A stretch of 62,983 nt of DNA, filler included, from Rhabdomonas costata (lineage: Eukaryota), in assembly GCA_019059605.1 (NCBI GenBank). It is 29 parts of 29 records of this genome, joined end to end, with 100 filler letters (N's around TTAATTAATTAA, not from the genome) between each part and the next. Parts side by side here need not be neighbours in the genome. Positions count along the whole stretch, not along the records: positions 21,767 to 23,842 come from JAHMHO010005841.1; positions 23,943 to 26,018 come from JAHMHO010005842.1; positions 26,119 to 28,192 come from JAHMHO010005843.1; positions 28,293 to 30,364 come from JAHMHO010005844.1; positions 30,465 to 32,540 come from JAHMHO010005845.1; positions 32,641 to 34,716 come from JAHMHO010005846.1; positions 34,817 to 36,892 come from JAHMHO010005847.1; 22 more parts are not named here. The stretch is one strand, 5' to 3'. Shown in pieces: positions 22,553 to 36,334 of this stretch (positions are counted from its first letter, which is position 1; the number at the start of each line of letters is the position of its first letter). The notes below the pieces were generated by a model, which was given only the letters and a program-made list of their open reading frames with translations, was not told the origin of the DNA and did no database searches. A program made the translations under genes and the position numbers.

Positions 22553-24567
22553 CTGTTGATAAAAAAGAAACAAACAGCGGGCTTGTTTCTGAGCCCCGGA
22601 ACTCTGCCATGAGCTGGTTTTGGTGAAGGTAGGCGATGCCCGCTGACGCATCTTTCAAAACGAAACAAACAGCAAAATGAACAAGCGACTGTAAACAAGA
22701 TGGTCATGGTGATGTGCGCACTGGTGAACTTTTCCAGCCGATCCCAGCTCTGGACTGCTCCGTCCTCGATTCTGGTTCCGTTCCTATCCCTGTTGTCCAG
22801 GACACCCACACGGCTGAATGTTCTCTCCTGCTATGCTTCTGTACAGGCTCGGTTTCCTCGGCTCAGCCCCGCTTTACCACTATCGCGGTGGCCTTACGGG
22901 ATTTTTTCTTGCATTTTTCGCGCATAGATTGCCTAAATTCACGTTCGATTTTCTTTTTTGAAAAAGTCAAACCAAAACCATTCATGCAGGTCAATTTCAA
23001 TATGAGGGGGAAAACGTCCATCTCTCAACAAATGGAACAATGGATCAATCAAATGGATCAAATGGATCACTATTGTCTAGGTCAGTCAAAGGGCACAAAG
23101 AAAAAAGAGAGACACTCTTCACACATTTCAGAAAGATGTGGATTCGAACAACAATTGAGCTTCAGCCTAGTTTCCGCATTTTTCCTTTCCTTTCCTATCT
23201 TTTGACATGAAATGACCATCTCAGCACTCAATAGCACACCTGTGTTCCCAAAGGCAATCAGAGCCGTCTCAATCGCCCGAGAAAGAGGAGGGACGACCAC
23301 CGTCTCGCAGTGGTTGTTGTCCTTGACGTACACCTGAAGTCCCTGGGCCTGAAACCGCGTGCATCTTGCGAAAGCACGGCCGATATACCAACTGAGTGGT
23401 ACAGTGCGGCATTTGGTGATGTTAAGCTTGGTTCAATTTTGTGTGGTAAACGATGTTTGATGATGCTTACGCGTGATAGCGTTTAACAACATAAAGACCA
23501 TAGTACATAAGGGAGCAGTGAAACCCTCAGTTACAAAATGCTATCCTCCAAGAGCACAGACAAGGGATGCTCAACACCCAGGCTTGGTAAATCAACCTAG
23601 CTCGTTCCCCGGTGGAATGAACAGCGCTTGTCCTGCGTGTGTTCCTCACGGAACGGTGTGCCTGTACCACCCGTCACGCCCTCAGCGATAGCGAGCGGGT
23701 TTTATACAGCCACAGCGGACAGGCTAAGTGCTGCCCCAGCGCGCGAGATGCGTCCAGTCGCAGCACCTCCCCGATAAATGAATGGTGTGAACAGGCAGGA
23801 GAGGGGATGGAAGGCGGTCTCCTACCTGTTCACACCCACACCNNNNNNNNNNNNNNNNNNNNNNNNNNNNNNNNNNNNNNNNNNNNTTAATTAATTAANN
23901 NNNNNNNNNNNNNNNNNNNNNNNNNNNNNNNNNNNNNNNNNNGTGGTGGGTGTGTTTGGGGTTGGGTGGGGCGCGGGTACTGGGCATTAGAGCTGCGGTT
24001 GGCGTGGAGCACTGCGAAACCATCAGAGTTTGCTCCTGTTCTTAAACTTTAATATGTCCAGGCGCTAACCCTCTTTTGCCTAGTAAGATGCCTTTCAGGG
24101 TCACGGGGGTACACCTTAACGGTTCCAAAAAAAACCTGCAACGCTATGGTTTGGCCGTTTAACGCTATTATCCATAGCATCGCCATCTCACCCTAAATGC
24201 CACCCTCCCTCCTTTCGTCCGCGCCGCTGATTGGTTTCCACAAAAAGGCAACCGCTCGTCAACCAAAGCCCCAATAAAAAAACTGGGGAGCGGTTTCACG
24301 TCGAGCAACCCACCCGACGCTCCCCACTGCCGATGTTTTTGTGATCGGTTCAGCTTTATTGACCAAAGAAAAAGGCTCATGTGTTTGCGGTATGTTGGGG
24401 TGTTGTTTAATCGTAGAGCAGTTTTCATGTACGCTTGCCGCAGGGCAGAACTTATGCACCTGGATCTTCGGTAAAGGAAGGCCGGGCTTGCCTGTATCCT
24501 CCTTTTTGACTTCAGAGCACGTTCTCTTCTGTCTGCCTCTTTGGATTTGGACGATCGTTTTTTCTGA

Positions 24568-25414
24568 ATGCCCCCGATGTGGGTGGCAGTTCCGGACGGC
24601 CCCCCTGAGGCCGCGGAGCTGACCGACCCGTACGAGTCCCAGCTTGGGGGCCTGCCCAAGGCACATTGCCACCCCCCACCCCTTTGCTCACATGGTTGAT
24701 ACGATCTATATCACTGCTCATGTATGGCTGCAAGCAATATACCCCTAAACGCACTGAAATCCTGTGATGTCCGGCTGGAGTGTTTTTGCAGAGAAGGCTT
24801 ATTCAGAAAAATATTTGGATTGAACACCCTCCGTTCTTCTTTATTCGCAGCAACGAGAGATCAGCCCACGGGCTCAACGTAGTCTGCATATAAACTGAGT
24901 TGGAGGGGGGAGAGAGAATTTTCTGAAAGACTCTGTCCTGGCGGGCTGGAGGGATTGATTTTCCCGTGACGCTGCGGTTATGATTCTGTCTGTGGTGGGA
25001 TACATCTCTCAGGTGCCGCAGTGGGCTCAGTTTGACAAGGCTCGGGCCAAGTGCGGGGTTTGCGGGTACCCGATGTACCTTCTGCTGCAGGCGTTCTGCC
25101 CCAGCGAGGACCTGGAGCGGATCTTTTTAGTGTTCGTATGCAACACCGCGGCATGCCAGAAGGAACCCTCCAAAAGGTGTGTCAACGGCGTGGCATTCCA
25201 GTCCCAATTTTTCGTGAAGTGATGTCTGTCCTACAGTCACCTCATGAAGGTACTCTACAGTTAGATTGCTATACTACCGAATGAGTGAGGACCGCGTTCT
25301 GGATTTTCCACTGTCTTTTCAGCTGGCAAGCGTGGAGGCTTCAGCGTCAGGCTCCGGACGACGCCGAGGGGCAGGAGGGAGAGGACGCGAACTCCGCCGA
25401 AGGCGCGGACAAAG
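24568..25414 (+). CDS. TSR4: TSR4/PDCD2-like protein (pre-rRNA processing), N-terminal exons
   Basis: Exons 24568-24660, 25013-25176 and 25323-25414: MPPMWVAVPDGP...DPYESQLGGLPK-VPQW...CGVCGYPMYLLLQAFCP...ERIFLVFVCNTAACQKEPSKSWQAWRLQ, matching the PDCD2 N-terminal S.LGG.P, C..C..PM.LL.Q..CP and F.C....C motifs. The first intron is GC-AG. Confidence 0.85.
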
Positions 25415-26601
25415 GTTCGTGCTTGTGTCCTTGTGCACGTGGTTTGTTTGCTCGTGCGAAAGCATGCATCGTGCACTCACAGCAACCATGCACCCATGAT
25501 TTTTCATCTTCCTCATGGGCGTCTTCCATTATTGCAAAAGGCCTGCCTTATCTCACTGTCATTGGCTCGGAAGTTGAATTCTTTGCGTCATCTGAAAAGG
25601 AGGGAGTTATGGAATGCGATGCCTTTCCCTCGCCCTGTTTGGGTCCGAAAAGAATTTTACCTTTTGATTTTCCCAAGCAAGACTATGCTGACTCTGTGTC
25701 GTTGTCTTCCGCGCTATCGGGTTCATGCGAGTGCTCAATGAGGTGCCACCACAACGACTCTGTTCGCTTGCATCTGTGGGTGCGTATTGTTGTGTGTACG
25801 TACGTGCACATTTGCTCCGTAGTTGTATACCCGCTCCCCAATAATAAGAAGCTGCGGTGCCTCGAATTGTCCCTTAAAGTTTTTCGCTGTAGCACATGAT
25901 GGGATTCTCCGGCCCACCGGTATTTGGGGTTGGCGCTTGCCTTTTGCAGGGGAGAGGAACCCCTCGCTGTGTGTAACGGGGCACGCGTGCCCCCCCACCC
26001 CCCAACCACACCCACCACNNNNNNNNNNNNNNNNNNNNNNNNNNNNNNNNNNNNNNNNNNNNTTAATTAATTAANNNNNNNNNNNNNNNNNNNNNNNNNN
26101 NNNNNNNNNNNNNNNNNNGCCTTACTTTGAGGATCAGTCCCCAAACCCAATTCCATTGTTTCTCACAGAAACCTCTGAAAGGCGGTACGACGCTGTGGTG
26201 TGGCCGTACTTCTTTGCCCAGCATCGCCGAGACATAAACTCTATCCTATACCTTGAGGGCTCTGTCAACCGATCCCAGCGCTTGGTCACGATAAAATACA
26301 GGCACATTCTTAGACGTTAGGGAATCGGGTATTTTCTGTGGCACTGCCACCTCCGCTGAACCTGACTCTCTGAGTGCCTCAAAGTGGCAACTTTCATTAC
26401 AAATACAATCACTGCAGCGACAGTTTACTCTGCCGATGTCAGGGGCGGCTGCGGGAGCAGCAGCCGCTTGTGGAGCTGTCTCCTGGGGGGATATGGTGGG
26501 CTAGATTACAATAGGCTTGGGCTTCCGTCGCCTTTTCTATACACACAACAACCACAAACGCACGCACACGCGCACGCACACACAGCACAGTGCCACAGTG
26601 C

Positions 26602-27670
26602 CTGAGCAGTCGGGCTGGCGCTGAGCTTCAGGAGGGCTTCCACGGCCGGCGGGCTTCCGGTGAGTGCGGCGACGTGCAGGGCGGTTCTCCCTTCCGTGTC
26701 CTAAAAACACAGACACAGTGAAGGATACACCAATGCATTGGAGAGACCAACCTGCGCGGCACCACGGGAAGTATCCGTGCGTCGGGGGAGGGGGGCAATG
26801 ATTCGTTGCAGTACTCCAAAGTACCCGAATACTGTCATTGGGCAAAAAGGTTGGGTGCGCCCCACTCCCTCCTGAAAAGGCACAACAATATTACGGTTCG
26901 TCCTGTTGAGGCTGCGGGCACGCACCGTCACAAATACCATAGCAACTACGATGACATATGACGTGCGCGTCAGCCCACCAGCACTTGGAACGTCATGCAG
27001 CGCTGGCCAGCAAACGATGCAGAGCACAGCCCAGACTCGCACAAGAATAAAACGGGCGGCTGACTTCTTTTCGAAGGGGTGCCATAAGGGGAAGAACCCA
27101 TACAGAAGTAAGATTGAAGGAAGCCTATACCCATGCATTGTGCAACCTTACGACGAATTCGCACAGATGCCAAGCTCTGTTTCAAGAGGTAAAACACACT
27201 GCACACACCGGAAGATCCACGCTAGCACCGCCGGTCAGGAGGGCCTGCCAGGCCTCCGCATTGTTCAACTCCAGGGCAACGTGCAGGGCGGTCTTGCCCT
27301 GCTTGTCCTGCAAAAAACAAAGCGGCGGTGCAACATAGGCTATGAGTATTGGCGTGCCAGTCTGTGGGTGCGTGTGGGCACACACAGAGAACTGCCGGGG
27401 ATGTCGGCTCATGCGTATATAGACCGCACAGAAGTACGTGTGGGAACGGGAGCTGCAGCTTCCTACGTGCGGCACTGTAGAAGGCGCTGCGGGGGTACTG
27501 TTCCTTCACCCCTGTAATAGAACCAACCCTCTACTCTTTCACAGGCACATACGCACGAGCAAAGGGCGAACCTGGAGGTTGACCTGGGCCTTGGCCAGGA
27601 GGAGGGCCTTCCACGCCGTCGCGTTGCCCATCTCCAGGGCGAGCTGCAGGGGCGTCTTGCCCAGGTTGTC
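26602..27670 (-). CDS. Ankyrin-repeat protein, three 99-nt one-repeat exons
   Basis: Exons 27670-27572 (DNLGKTPLQLALEMGN...), 27307-27209 (DKQGKTALHVALELNN...) and 26700-26602 (DTEGRTALHVAALTGS...), each 33 codons and phase 0. Confidence 0.9.
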
Positions 27671-29440
27671 CTACCGAACACAACACGAAAGCAAAGGCAA
27701 GGGCAAAGCACCGCAGTTGCCTGCTCCAGAGAGTGGGGCCCAACAGAGGCGCAACACAAGCGGCGAGGGGCGTGCCAAAGATGCCCTCGCGTGGTGTCTC
27801 TTCTGCGGAGGAAGGGATGGTGTGAGGGGTCAGAACTGCACTGGCAAAATGCTACAGAGCGGCAAGCAGCACTTTTCATCGGTTCCTTGGTAGATGCCTG
27901 TGCGACTGGGGCGGTGGCCAAACACACGGAAAGAGGAGAGAATCCGACACAAAGCCATGTGCACGAAAGAAGAAACCGGCACCGATTATTGAAAAAGCCC
28001 CAATGAGAGGGCGCCGAGCGGAGCTGTAGTGCCCGCAGTGGGAGCCCAATGGTGTGGCCATGCTGCGGATAAAAAGCCTCTCGAAGACGCAATATAATTG
28101 CTTTTCCAAAAGATAACATGGTGGATAAGTTAAGGTATGATGAATAACGAGATGAATGTGACGTGAGAACGGGAACGCCGTATCAAAACACANNNNNNNN
28201 NNNNNNNNNNNNNNNNNNNNNNNNNNNNNNNNNNNNTTAATTAATTAANNNNNNNNNNNNNNNNNNNNNNNNNNNNNNNNNNNNNNNNNNNNTAAGACAG
28301 ATGGAACACAAACGTGCAGAACAAATAAACCTTCACGTGAAAACGTGAAGAGCGGCACGAAGCAAACAACTATACACAAAATCAAGGTTTTGATGAAGCA
28401 TGAAGAACAAAGTAAAAAAACCTGACTAGTACATGACGCAGCAGGTGCAAACTGTTTCCAGTGGTGTAGTGCAGTTGCACACTACTTGCAGACAGGCTAA
28501 GCTCCCTTGGCCAAAAAATTGGGCTCAGAATACCTGCCTGTCTGTCTGCCTGCCGCTCAGTTACGGTTCCTGCCAGAACGTCTTCTCAGACCAGATCAGG
28601 AAAGGTAAGACTGCAGTCATCGGCGTATATGTCCTTTACGCGTGCAATAGAACCTCCCTCCAAAATACACTTGACCGCAATCCCACAACTAAGTAAGGAA
28701 CTGCTTCCTTAATCCCAAGAAAAAAGAACTCGAAACACAATGGAAACCCCTCGCGGTTCTTGTGAAATTAAGTTTAAAATGTTACGAAAGCGGCCCTATC
28801 AACTTTACCTTGGTCATTACCTCGGGAAATGGGAGACATTCAGTCAGGCCAACGTGAAATTCAACCAGAATAGCAAGACAGAACCACAAGTTAAAACTAG
28901 TATCGCAGCGGATACTTCTATTTGGCAAACTTGTAGGCCCTTATTCGACGTGCTCTTTTGTCCCATAAAAATGAGACACGTTGGGACTTAAAAGAGAGTT
29001 TTTCGGGGGGAGAAAAATCTACACTATGTATACTATACTTTGCTGTATAACAACAGAGACATCTCTTTGTTCTGAGAAGAATGCCACCAGAAACATCGTC
29101 AACCGAGCGAGCTAGTTAGTATCCCAAACCCACCAGAAGTGCGCCCGTATTGTGATGTAAACCTCTTCTTAAAGCCACGTTTAATATTCTTGGCCAGTAA
29201 TCGATTGCAGGAGTTTGGAGGGGAGAAACGGGTCTCAGGTGTACATTCGATTGGGTATTATCTTATCTCCGATCTATCTTTGAGTTCGTCGAGTGTCCAC
29301 CGCGATACAAAGAGCTGGGAGCACCGCCGCAAGGAGTTTGAAGCATTAGAGAAGAAGGAGCCTTCAGGAAGGGGTTTAATGGTGGCCTCGGTGGTGATAA
29401 CAAGCATCACCCCCCCTCCCATGCGCCAAGATACACACAC

Positions 29441-29695
29441 CGCCATTCGCTGTGGAAAGGAGGCCGAGGTGTGGCGGAGCAGCGGCAACAGCACCCTGGC
29501 CAGCAGCACGGTGACCTCGTGCTTCACCCTTCGCCGCACGGCGCGGAGCTGCACCGTGCCCAGGAAGATAGCCAGGGCTGAGTTTAGCATCCCTGCCGGG
29601 TTGCACAGCGCGTACACCACCGCTGCGTTGCACACCTGGCCCAGCACTCGGCTCACCAAAAACGGCAGCTCCGCATCTGCCCCCCACCCATGCAC
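29441..29695 (-). CDS. Sec7/BIG/GBF-type ARF-GEF N-terminal (HUS-like) region, single exon
   Basis: 255-nt AG/GT-bounded exon ending ...ALAIFLGTVQLRAVRRRVKHEVTVLLARVLLPLLRHTSASFPQRMA, resembling the BIG/Sec7 R..LK.E..V......L..L....SF.Q. segment. Confidence 0.55.
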
Positions 29696-30633
29696 CTATC
29701 CACACAACATTACTTTCAGAGTTGCTGCGCGAGAAGGCAGTAGCCAGCTCACAAAAGAAAGATTACGAAAAGAACAACGACAACAGGTCTGGACAACCTG
29801 TGAGACAGGTATATAGAATATCCACAGAAACAGATGCAGATTGTGCAATATCCCATCGCGTCTTCAAGGAGAACAACAAAAGACGGACAACCTGCGTGAC
29901 GACACGGCAGCTGGGTTTCTTTCCGTCCTTGACCAGTGTGAAGATAAGGAGCAAGAAAAGAAAAGAAACGCATTATCTGGCAAGGGCATCGGCGTCAACT
30001 CATATCAGACATGCTGGCTGTCCACAACCAGGAGGAGCGGATCAAGCAAACCGATCTCATCCCACTGGCATAGTTACTCGCTGCATTGCACCGGCACAGG
30101 TAAATACACATATTCACGCCGATGCACCTATATATCAAGTGCCACTCGTTCTTTATAGTCCTCCCTTCCTTTTCATATCTTCCTGCTAGTTCCATGCCTG
30201 CTTCCGGGAGTGCAAAAGCGAGAAGTTGTATTTTATTGAAACAACCCGACAGCAAGGCTTGCTAGAAGGGGGAAAGGAAGCACAGTCAAATAGTGACCAA
30301 TGATGCGAAAAGAGATTGGAGAGCACAGGGCGCGGGTGGGGATGGCATCCACCAACCCACCCACNNNNNNNNNNNNNNNNNNNNNNNNNNNNNNNNNNNN
30401 NNNNNNNNTTAATTAATTAANNNNNNNNNNNNNNNNNNNNNNNNNNNNNNNNNNNNNNNNNNNNGGGGGCTGGTTCCAATGTAGGCTAATCAGCGATAAG
30501 AAGCCTCTGAGCAGCGGTGTTGTTCTTGGATGCGGATGCGGTACGTTGCCACACCTACCACGCTGCCTGTTTTGTGCTCCGAGGTTGTTTTCGGGGGGTG
30601 AAAGGTCATTTATCGTCTTTATCGTTATCACAG

Positions 30634-31627
30634 GTCAGCGTGCTTGGGGGAGCCCAAGAGACTCCTCTGGCAGCCCATCTCCTCCCGAGCGGTTCAGCTT
30701 CGCACCGACCCCGTTCGCCTTCCTGAGCTCAGCAGGCAGCCAAGGCCGAGGCCCGCCTTCGTCAGGTAATCGTTTTGTCGCGCCCACCGGGCACACTTGC
30801 ATTCAGGAGCAGTCACTCGGGCGAAATGAGGTCGAGTGTGATATTTCTATGACGTATAGTGCATTCAGGAGTCAAATATGTTGAAGGTGCTGTTTTGACT
30901 CATAGAGGGAGGGTCCGAATGAAGCCCCGACAAGCATACTTCCGCGACAGCTGGAGTTCAAAGTGACCCGAAATGCAAAAAAAAAAATTCCGCGTTTTCG
31001 TGAGACTGCTGAGTGTTGGGCACACACCCTCTGAAATTCGAAAAACACGAGCACATCCGCATGTATGAATTGCACAAAAAGCGTGGGCTGTGGGGGCCTC
31101 CATTTGAACCCCAGATCTCGTTCTTTCCTCGTTTTTTTTGTGCGGAATCTCCGCTCGATGCAGCCGGCTCGCAGAGGTCGCAAAGCAGCGCCCAGGCCTC
31201 CCAAGCTGATCCCCGTCGCTCGGCATGGAGTCCGGCACCCTTGCCAGGCCATTCCACAACACCCCCGGTCCCGGTGCCACCCTTATCCTCCCCTGCAGAC
31301 CAGGTGTACAACCGTAGACACACACTCGCCTGTCATGCCGAATGCTGATTCGTATGAAAAAACCCGCTGCTACCCCGCCCATCGATCGACCATCCTTTTG
31401 TTTGAATCCCTCCCTCTTTTCGACCTTAGCACATAACGACGAAATGTATAGGAGAACGAGATGACCCTTCCTCCTAGCACAAATTCCATGAACGCCTTCT
31501 CAGAGACTTTCGCTCAGGCTCGCCACACTATGGGTGACCATAGTTTCTTTCGCGGGTGCTGAGAAAATAAGTGCAATGCTACTGCCTTTCGCAGGAGGTG
31601 GAGACCTTGCGGGCCAAACTCGCTCAG
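30634..31627 (+). CDS. Possible low-complexity or coiled-coil gene, scattered exons
   Basis: AG/GT-bounded GC-rich blocks at ~30634-30765, ~31175-31303 and 31595-31627 (EVETLRAKLAQ). No family recognised. Confidence 0.3.
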
Positions 31628-34600
31628 GTTGTCCCTCTCTCTCTCTGCCTCTCTCTCTCTCTCTCTGTCTCTCGCGGAGGCTCTCCCAGATACATGTTGT
31701 GGTTATGTTTGTTGTGTTTTGCTGGAGTTTCGCATCATCGCCTGGATTTTGACACGTATCCGCCGTTGTACAGTTCTGATGGTAAGATGCATACAGAACC
31801 TACTAGCTCTGCATGCATCTGGAAACGTCGAAGGGAGCATCCGAAGGGCTTGACATGGGCGAGAAATCCGGGAGGGTGTCGTTCATTTTTTTGTTGCTGA
31901 CCAAAAGGTTTGTGTGGGTGCATGTTTTTTAGGCACTTGAGGAGAAAGCGAAGCTGCAAGCTGACCTTGAGAAGGCATTCGCGTGCACACTTTTCGTTTC
32001 GATTTTTTTTGCTGCTCCTGTGCGTCTCCCTGTGTTATTTTATTCCTTCCTTCCTCTCTGTTCTTTCCGAGGTTCAATGTTTCGCCGAGGGTATGGTTTG
32101 TGCTTGTTTCGGTGAAAGGGCTTATTCCTTCTGCTGATTTCTTTCTACAGCATCCAGTGCAGCGCCCTTTTGTCCACAACTTGTGTTTGCATTCATCTCA
32201 AAAAATATGACCTCGGTGACCCGTGTGAGCTTAGCTGTCTTGCTTTGGTGCAGTGAGCAAAAACTCAACAAAGCCAAACCAAACTGCAAATGCAGACAGA
32301 TATGACTCCTTTGGTTTTCTAGCCTTTGTACAGATTTTTCAAGCACAAGCAATCCCTACCGACCTACCGAAGCAGCCTTTCATCTGTGTCCATCTCATGT
32401 CCTCCCTCTGTCAGCTCTCAGCGTCAACACAACAGCGGCCACCTTGCTGCATTTACAAGTACAAACGGCCTCACCCAGAGGCGTACAAAGCAGTCATCAG
32501 TCGCGTATAGAAAGTCAAGGTAGCGCACCCACCCACACCCNNNNNNNNNNNNNNNNNNNNNNNNNNNNNNNNNNNNNNNNNNNNTTAATTAATTAANNNN
32601 NNNNNNNNNNNNNNNNNNNNNNNNNNNNNNNNNNNNNNNNGTGGGTTGTGTCCTCCCGAGAAAGGGAAAGGTTTCCCCCTTCCTCGCCCGAAGTGTTTTC
32701 CACGTTGGGATATGCAAGCACCATCGTTTCGTTAAGGGATGCCTTTGCGCTGCGCGCCGCGCGCCGCCCCCTTACTTGTTTAAAAGGTCGACGTTTTGCC
32801 AACCGTAATAGTACATTCCCCTCGGGTCCTTAAAGGGGAGACACAACTCCGTGAAAGAGTCTCTCTTTGACTGCGGGTTTCCCGGTGAAGTAGGTAGCCT
32901 TTGCCCTCGACAACGGCAAACCGCTGTTTTGTCCGAGCTGCTTCGCCCTGCGGCTCGGGGTTTTCGGCGCCGTTGACTTCCTCTGATTAGCCTGGAAAGG
33001 CGTGAATGCCAAACGCCTCCTCACCGGGGAGTGTCCCTGTGTCTGGTTCAGTTTAGTGTGGGGTCTTTTTCGTGTTCCATTACCCACAAGATGGTAATGG
33101 ATTCAACGAGCGCCACCCAGCGGGGTCCGCGACACTGACCTCAGGGTTTGGCTCCGTTTTGGTTTTGGGGTCTCTTTCTTGCTTTGAAAGTCAGCTTTGG
33201 CCCGTTACTGCGCAAATTAACCTCGACGGTAGCCTTTCATTGCTTTGATATCGTGCAAAGTTCTGTAAAGACGCCATTTGTTTGTTTTCCTGAAAGCAGG
33301 ACCGTACGTTACATGTCGTAAAACCCTGCAAGCGCTGATTTTCGTCGACTGAAATCGCAGGAAAGCAAAAAGAACATCAGCCCACGTGTAAGTTTTGTTT
33401 TTGAAAGCGATGATTATTGGGCAAGGTAATTTACATCCCAAAACTCAGAATTTAGAATGTTGCGAGGTTCCAATTGAAGTCCTTCTGACGTTTTCATTTG
33501 TTGCCGCTTTGCAAATTCCCAATAGGTCCCATCACCACACCATAAGAAAAACATTGATAACCTCAGAAAAAACTGTCATAATATATAGAAGATATAGTTC
33601 ATGCAAACCGAATTTAATACATGGCTCCAACTTTTGAATTCAGCAGTGGAGGACTTTTTGGTTTGATTCTTTGCAATAATGTCCTCTTTTTTAGTTCTGC
33701 CTGGCTGACGTGCCTCCAGGTTTCTGTGGATACAGAATGTGATCCAGAAGGCGACTTCATCAACGGCCAACTCAAACTTGAGATCTCAAGTCAGTTTTCT
33801 CTGAAATAACAAGTAGTTTAATTAACATCCAACAATATTTTCTACACGGACTGACAGTGGGGTTGGTGCTCCTGGCCAAAGAGATTTGCTATTGTGTCTG
33901 CATAATTTATAGCTTATGTTGCTAACCTCATTCTAAAAACTTTTCGTATTCACGCTTTGCAACCATTGTCAGTGAAAGCACATAACTGTGTGTGCTGAAG
34001 CGTGTGTATGTACCAAAACTAAGTGCATGTTTTGGTAATAATGTTTTGTACCGTTTGTGCGGTTGCATTCGATATTGCACTTTGCACCTCTCAGAAGACA
34101 CTGCGAAGATTAATTCCAGTCCCACTGCAGCATATGTTATAACCAGTTATTGCCCGTTATAACGGTATTGAATTATTTGTAAATGTGTACACACGTTCCA
34201 TACGGAATGGACCCAGATATTGTTTGCTGTAATCTGCTAACTTGCTGTGTCCCCGCAAAACATGAAGACAAAGTGTGACACTAATAACAATTCCCATGAT
34301 GACGCTTGGGGTGTGCACACGTCCTTCTTACGTATGTGGTGATTCTTTGCGGGCAAGATAGATCATGCATGGCAAGATCGCTGAGAAGCTACATGCAGCT
34401 ATATACATAAACAAGATTGTCATTTTTAGGAACATTTGCGCCGAATTTGCACGTCTTTTGGTGACAGGCACTGTAGGAGTACGCAGCAGAGGATACTATA
34501 TGGTCAGAGCAAAGGAAATTGCGTTGGCTGAGTACCTCATACAAACGACCCTCCATCCCGATGCAAAAAAGTACTGCTCAACCAATGCACTTCTTGCGGA

Positions 34601-36334
34601 ATGAGGAGCGACATAGAGCAATGTACAAAACCCACAGCAATCAGCATCCGGTGGCTCTGAACACATTACGCGGGTAGTGAAAACATGGCGGCACATATTT
34701 TTGTCCAAAACAAACCNNNNNNNNNNNNNNNNNNNNNNNNNNNNNNNNNNNNNNNNNNNNTTAATTAATTAANNNNNNNNNNNNNNNNNNNNNNNNNNNN
34801 NNNNNNNNNNNNNNNNTGTGGTTGGTGGCCGATATGTGACGTTACGTACCGCAACACTCCTAACCGTGTGAATCCCCAAGAGGTGGTTGTGGGCATAGTG
34901 GAGGCCACCGAAGCCACATACACTACTAGCACGAGTGCAGTTCATCACATGTGATCGCACGAGGGTAACACTAACGGTGGCCACATAAGTATCAGTCAGG
35001 TGGGTCAGGGATTCGGTGGTTTTTGGTAATCCGAGGTAAAAGTAGCGAGCTATCACAGGGAGACAGCACATCACGTTGACATGGCCAGCAGACCGGTAGA
35101 ACGGTGACTACATGCATGTGCACCGAGTACACTCACTCAATGCTGGTTGGTGGGGTGTCATCGTGGTGGGGTACAGCTGGGTTAGCGATATTGGCCATGC
35201 AGTCCCGCACTGAAGGCGTCCAAGCGTTGATTCACAGGCCACCACTGGTGAGTAGGAATCCCACCAGCAGGGAAAAAACCTACATGCAGTAAGATCCTGA
35301 CGACCTACTGCGGCAACGGTACGCCTGGCATGGGTATGTTCAACACACACAGCCACCACCAGCAAGCAACACATTCCAACCAGTGATGCTGCTGCTGCGT
35401 TAGAAACACCGAGTTAGCAGAGGAATGTGTGACGATCATGTGACACACACAACATGGCGATGCACCCTTGCACCATCACCAGCAGGAATTCTATCCAAAA
35501 TGGTGAGGTGAGAAGATCACATAAGATACACCCATATGGTTGCAACCTGGTACTCCTTATTTTGGGAACACAGCAAAAAGGAAAGAAAAAAGCACACTGT
35601 TCTTCTTTCAAAATCAGCTGCTTCCAGCCAACAATGGAGGCAGCTGTGATGTTCAGCCCCTGAAAGTCGAAAGAAAACGAAAACAAGGAATGAGCACGCG
35701 CACCCACCCCACGCACATTTAACGGTAGAGCACAGACCATTGCATTCGTGCAACTCACGCGTCCTTTCTCCTTTTCGCCAGCTGAGAAGCGCGAAAAAAA
35801 AACGAGGTTCATGTCGTGTATGAAATGTTCTGAATGTGCAGCCCAATTCTTGCAGGCAACCACTTTCCTTACACAGAAACTTACATCCCAGCTGCACCCA
35901 CTTGACCGGGTGTTTAGTCATGGAAACCGCTCTATGGGTTCACCCTTTAAAGGAAGTTGTCGAAAATCGCAATTTGTGGTGCTAAATGTCGCTTAATAGG
36001 AGGAGGAGGTCTTGCAGATTTTTCCAGCATGTCCTGGGCCACGCTGCGCCAAGATCCAAGTACTCACTGAAGATACTAAGCTTCTTTTGATCTCACAGAG
36101 GAGGGGGGGGGGTTATGGGATCCGTCTCGTCAGGCTACGACGCATATATCCCTGCACTGGCGTCCAGGGCACCGACCCCCTTCTTTCAACAACCACTGTT
36201 AGCGGTTACCCGCGTCACAAATCCCTCTTGTCCATCCTTGCGCAGCCCTTCTTTCATTCACTTCTTAGTGTGGTGCACCACACTCCTGGTTTGGGTTGTA
36301 TCTTGGCATTCACACAGTTGGTCTGAGGATGGAC

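Noticed and set aside
22580-22815. Kinase-like DASAGIAYLH segment and upstream open stretch on the minus strand
   Set aside because: Too short, lacks HRD/DFG, and could not be spliced confidently into the PGM-like gene.
32648-33087. Basic K/R-rich ORFs resembling histone tails (STAPKTP)
   Set aside because: No histone fold and no convincing splice structure.
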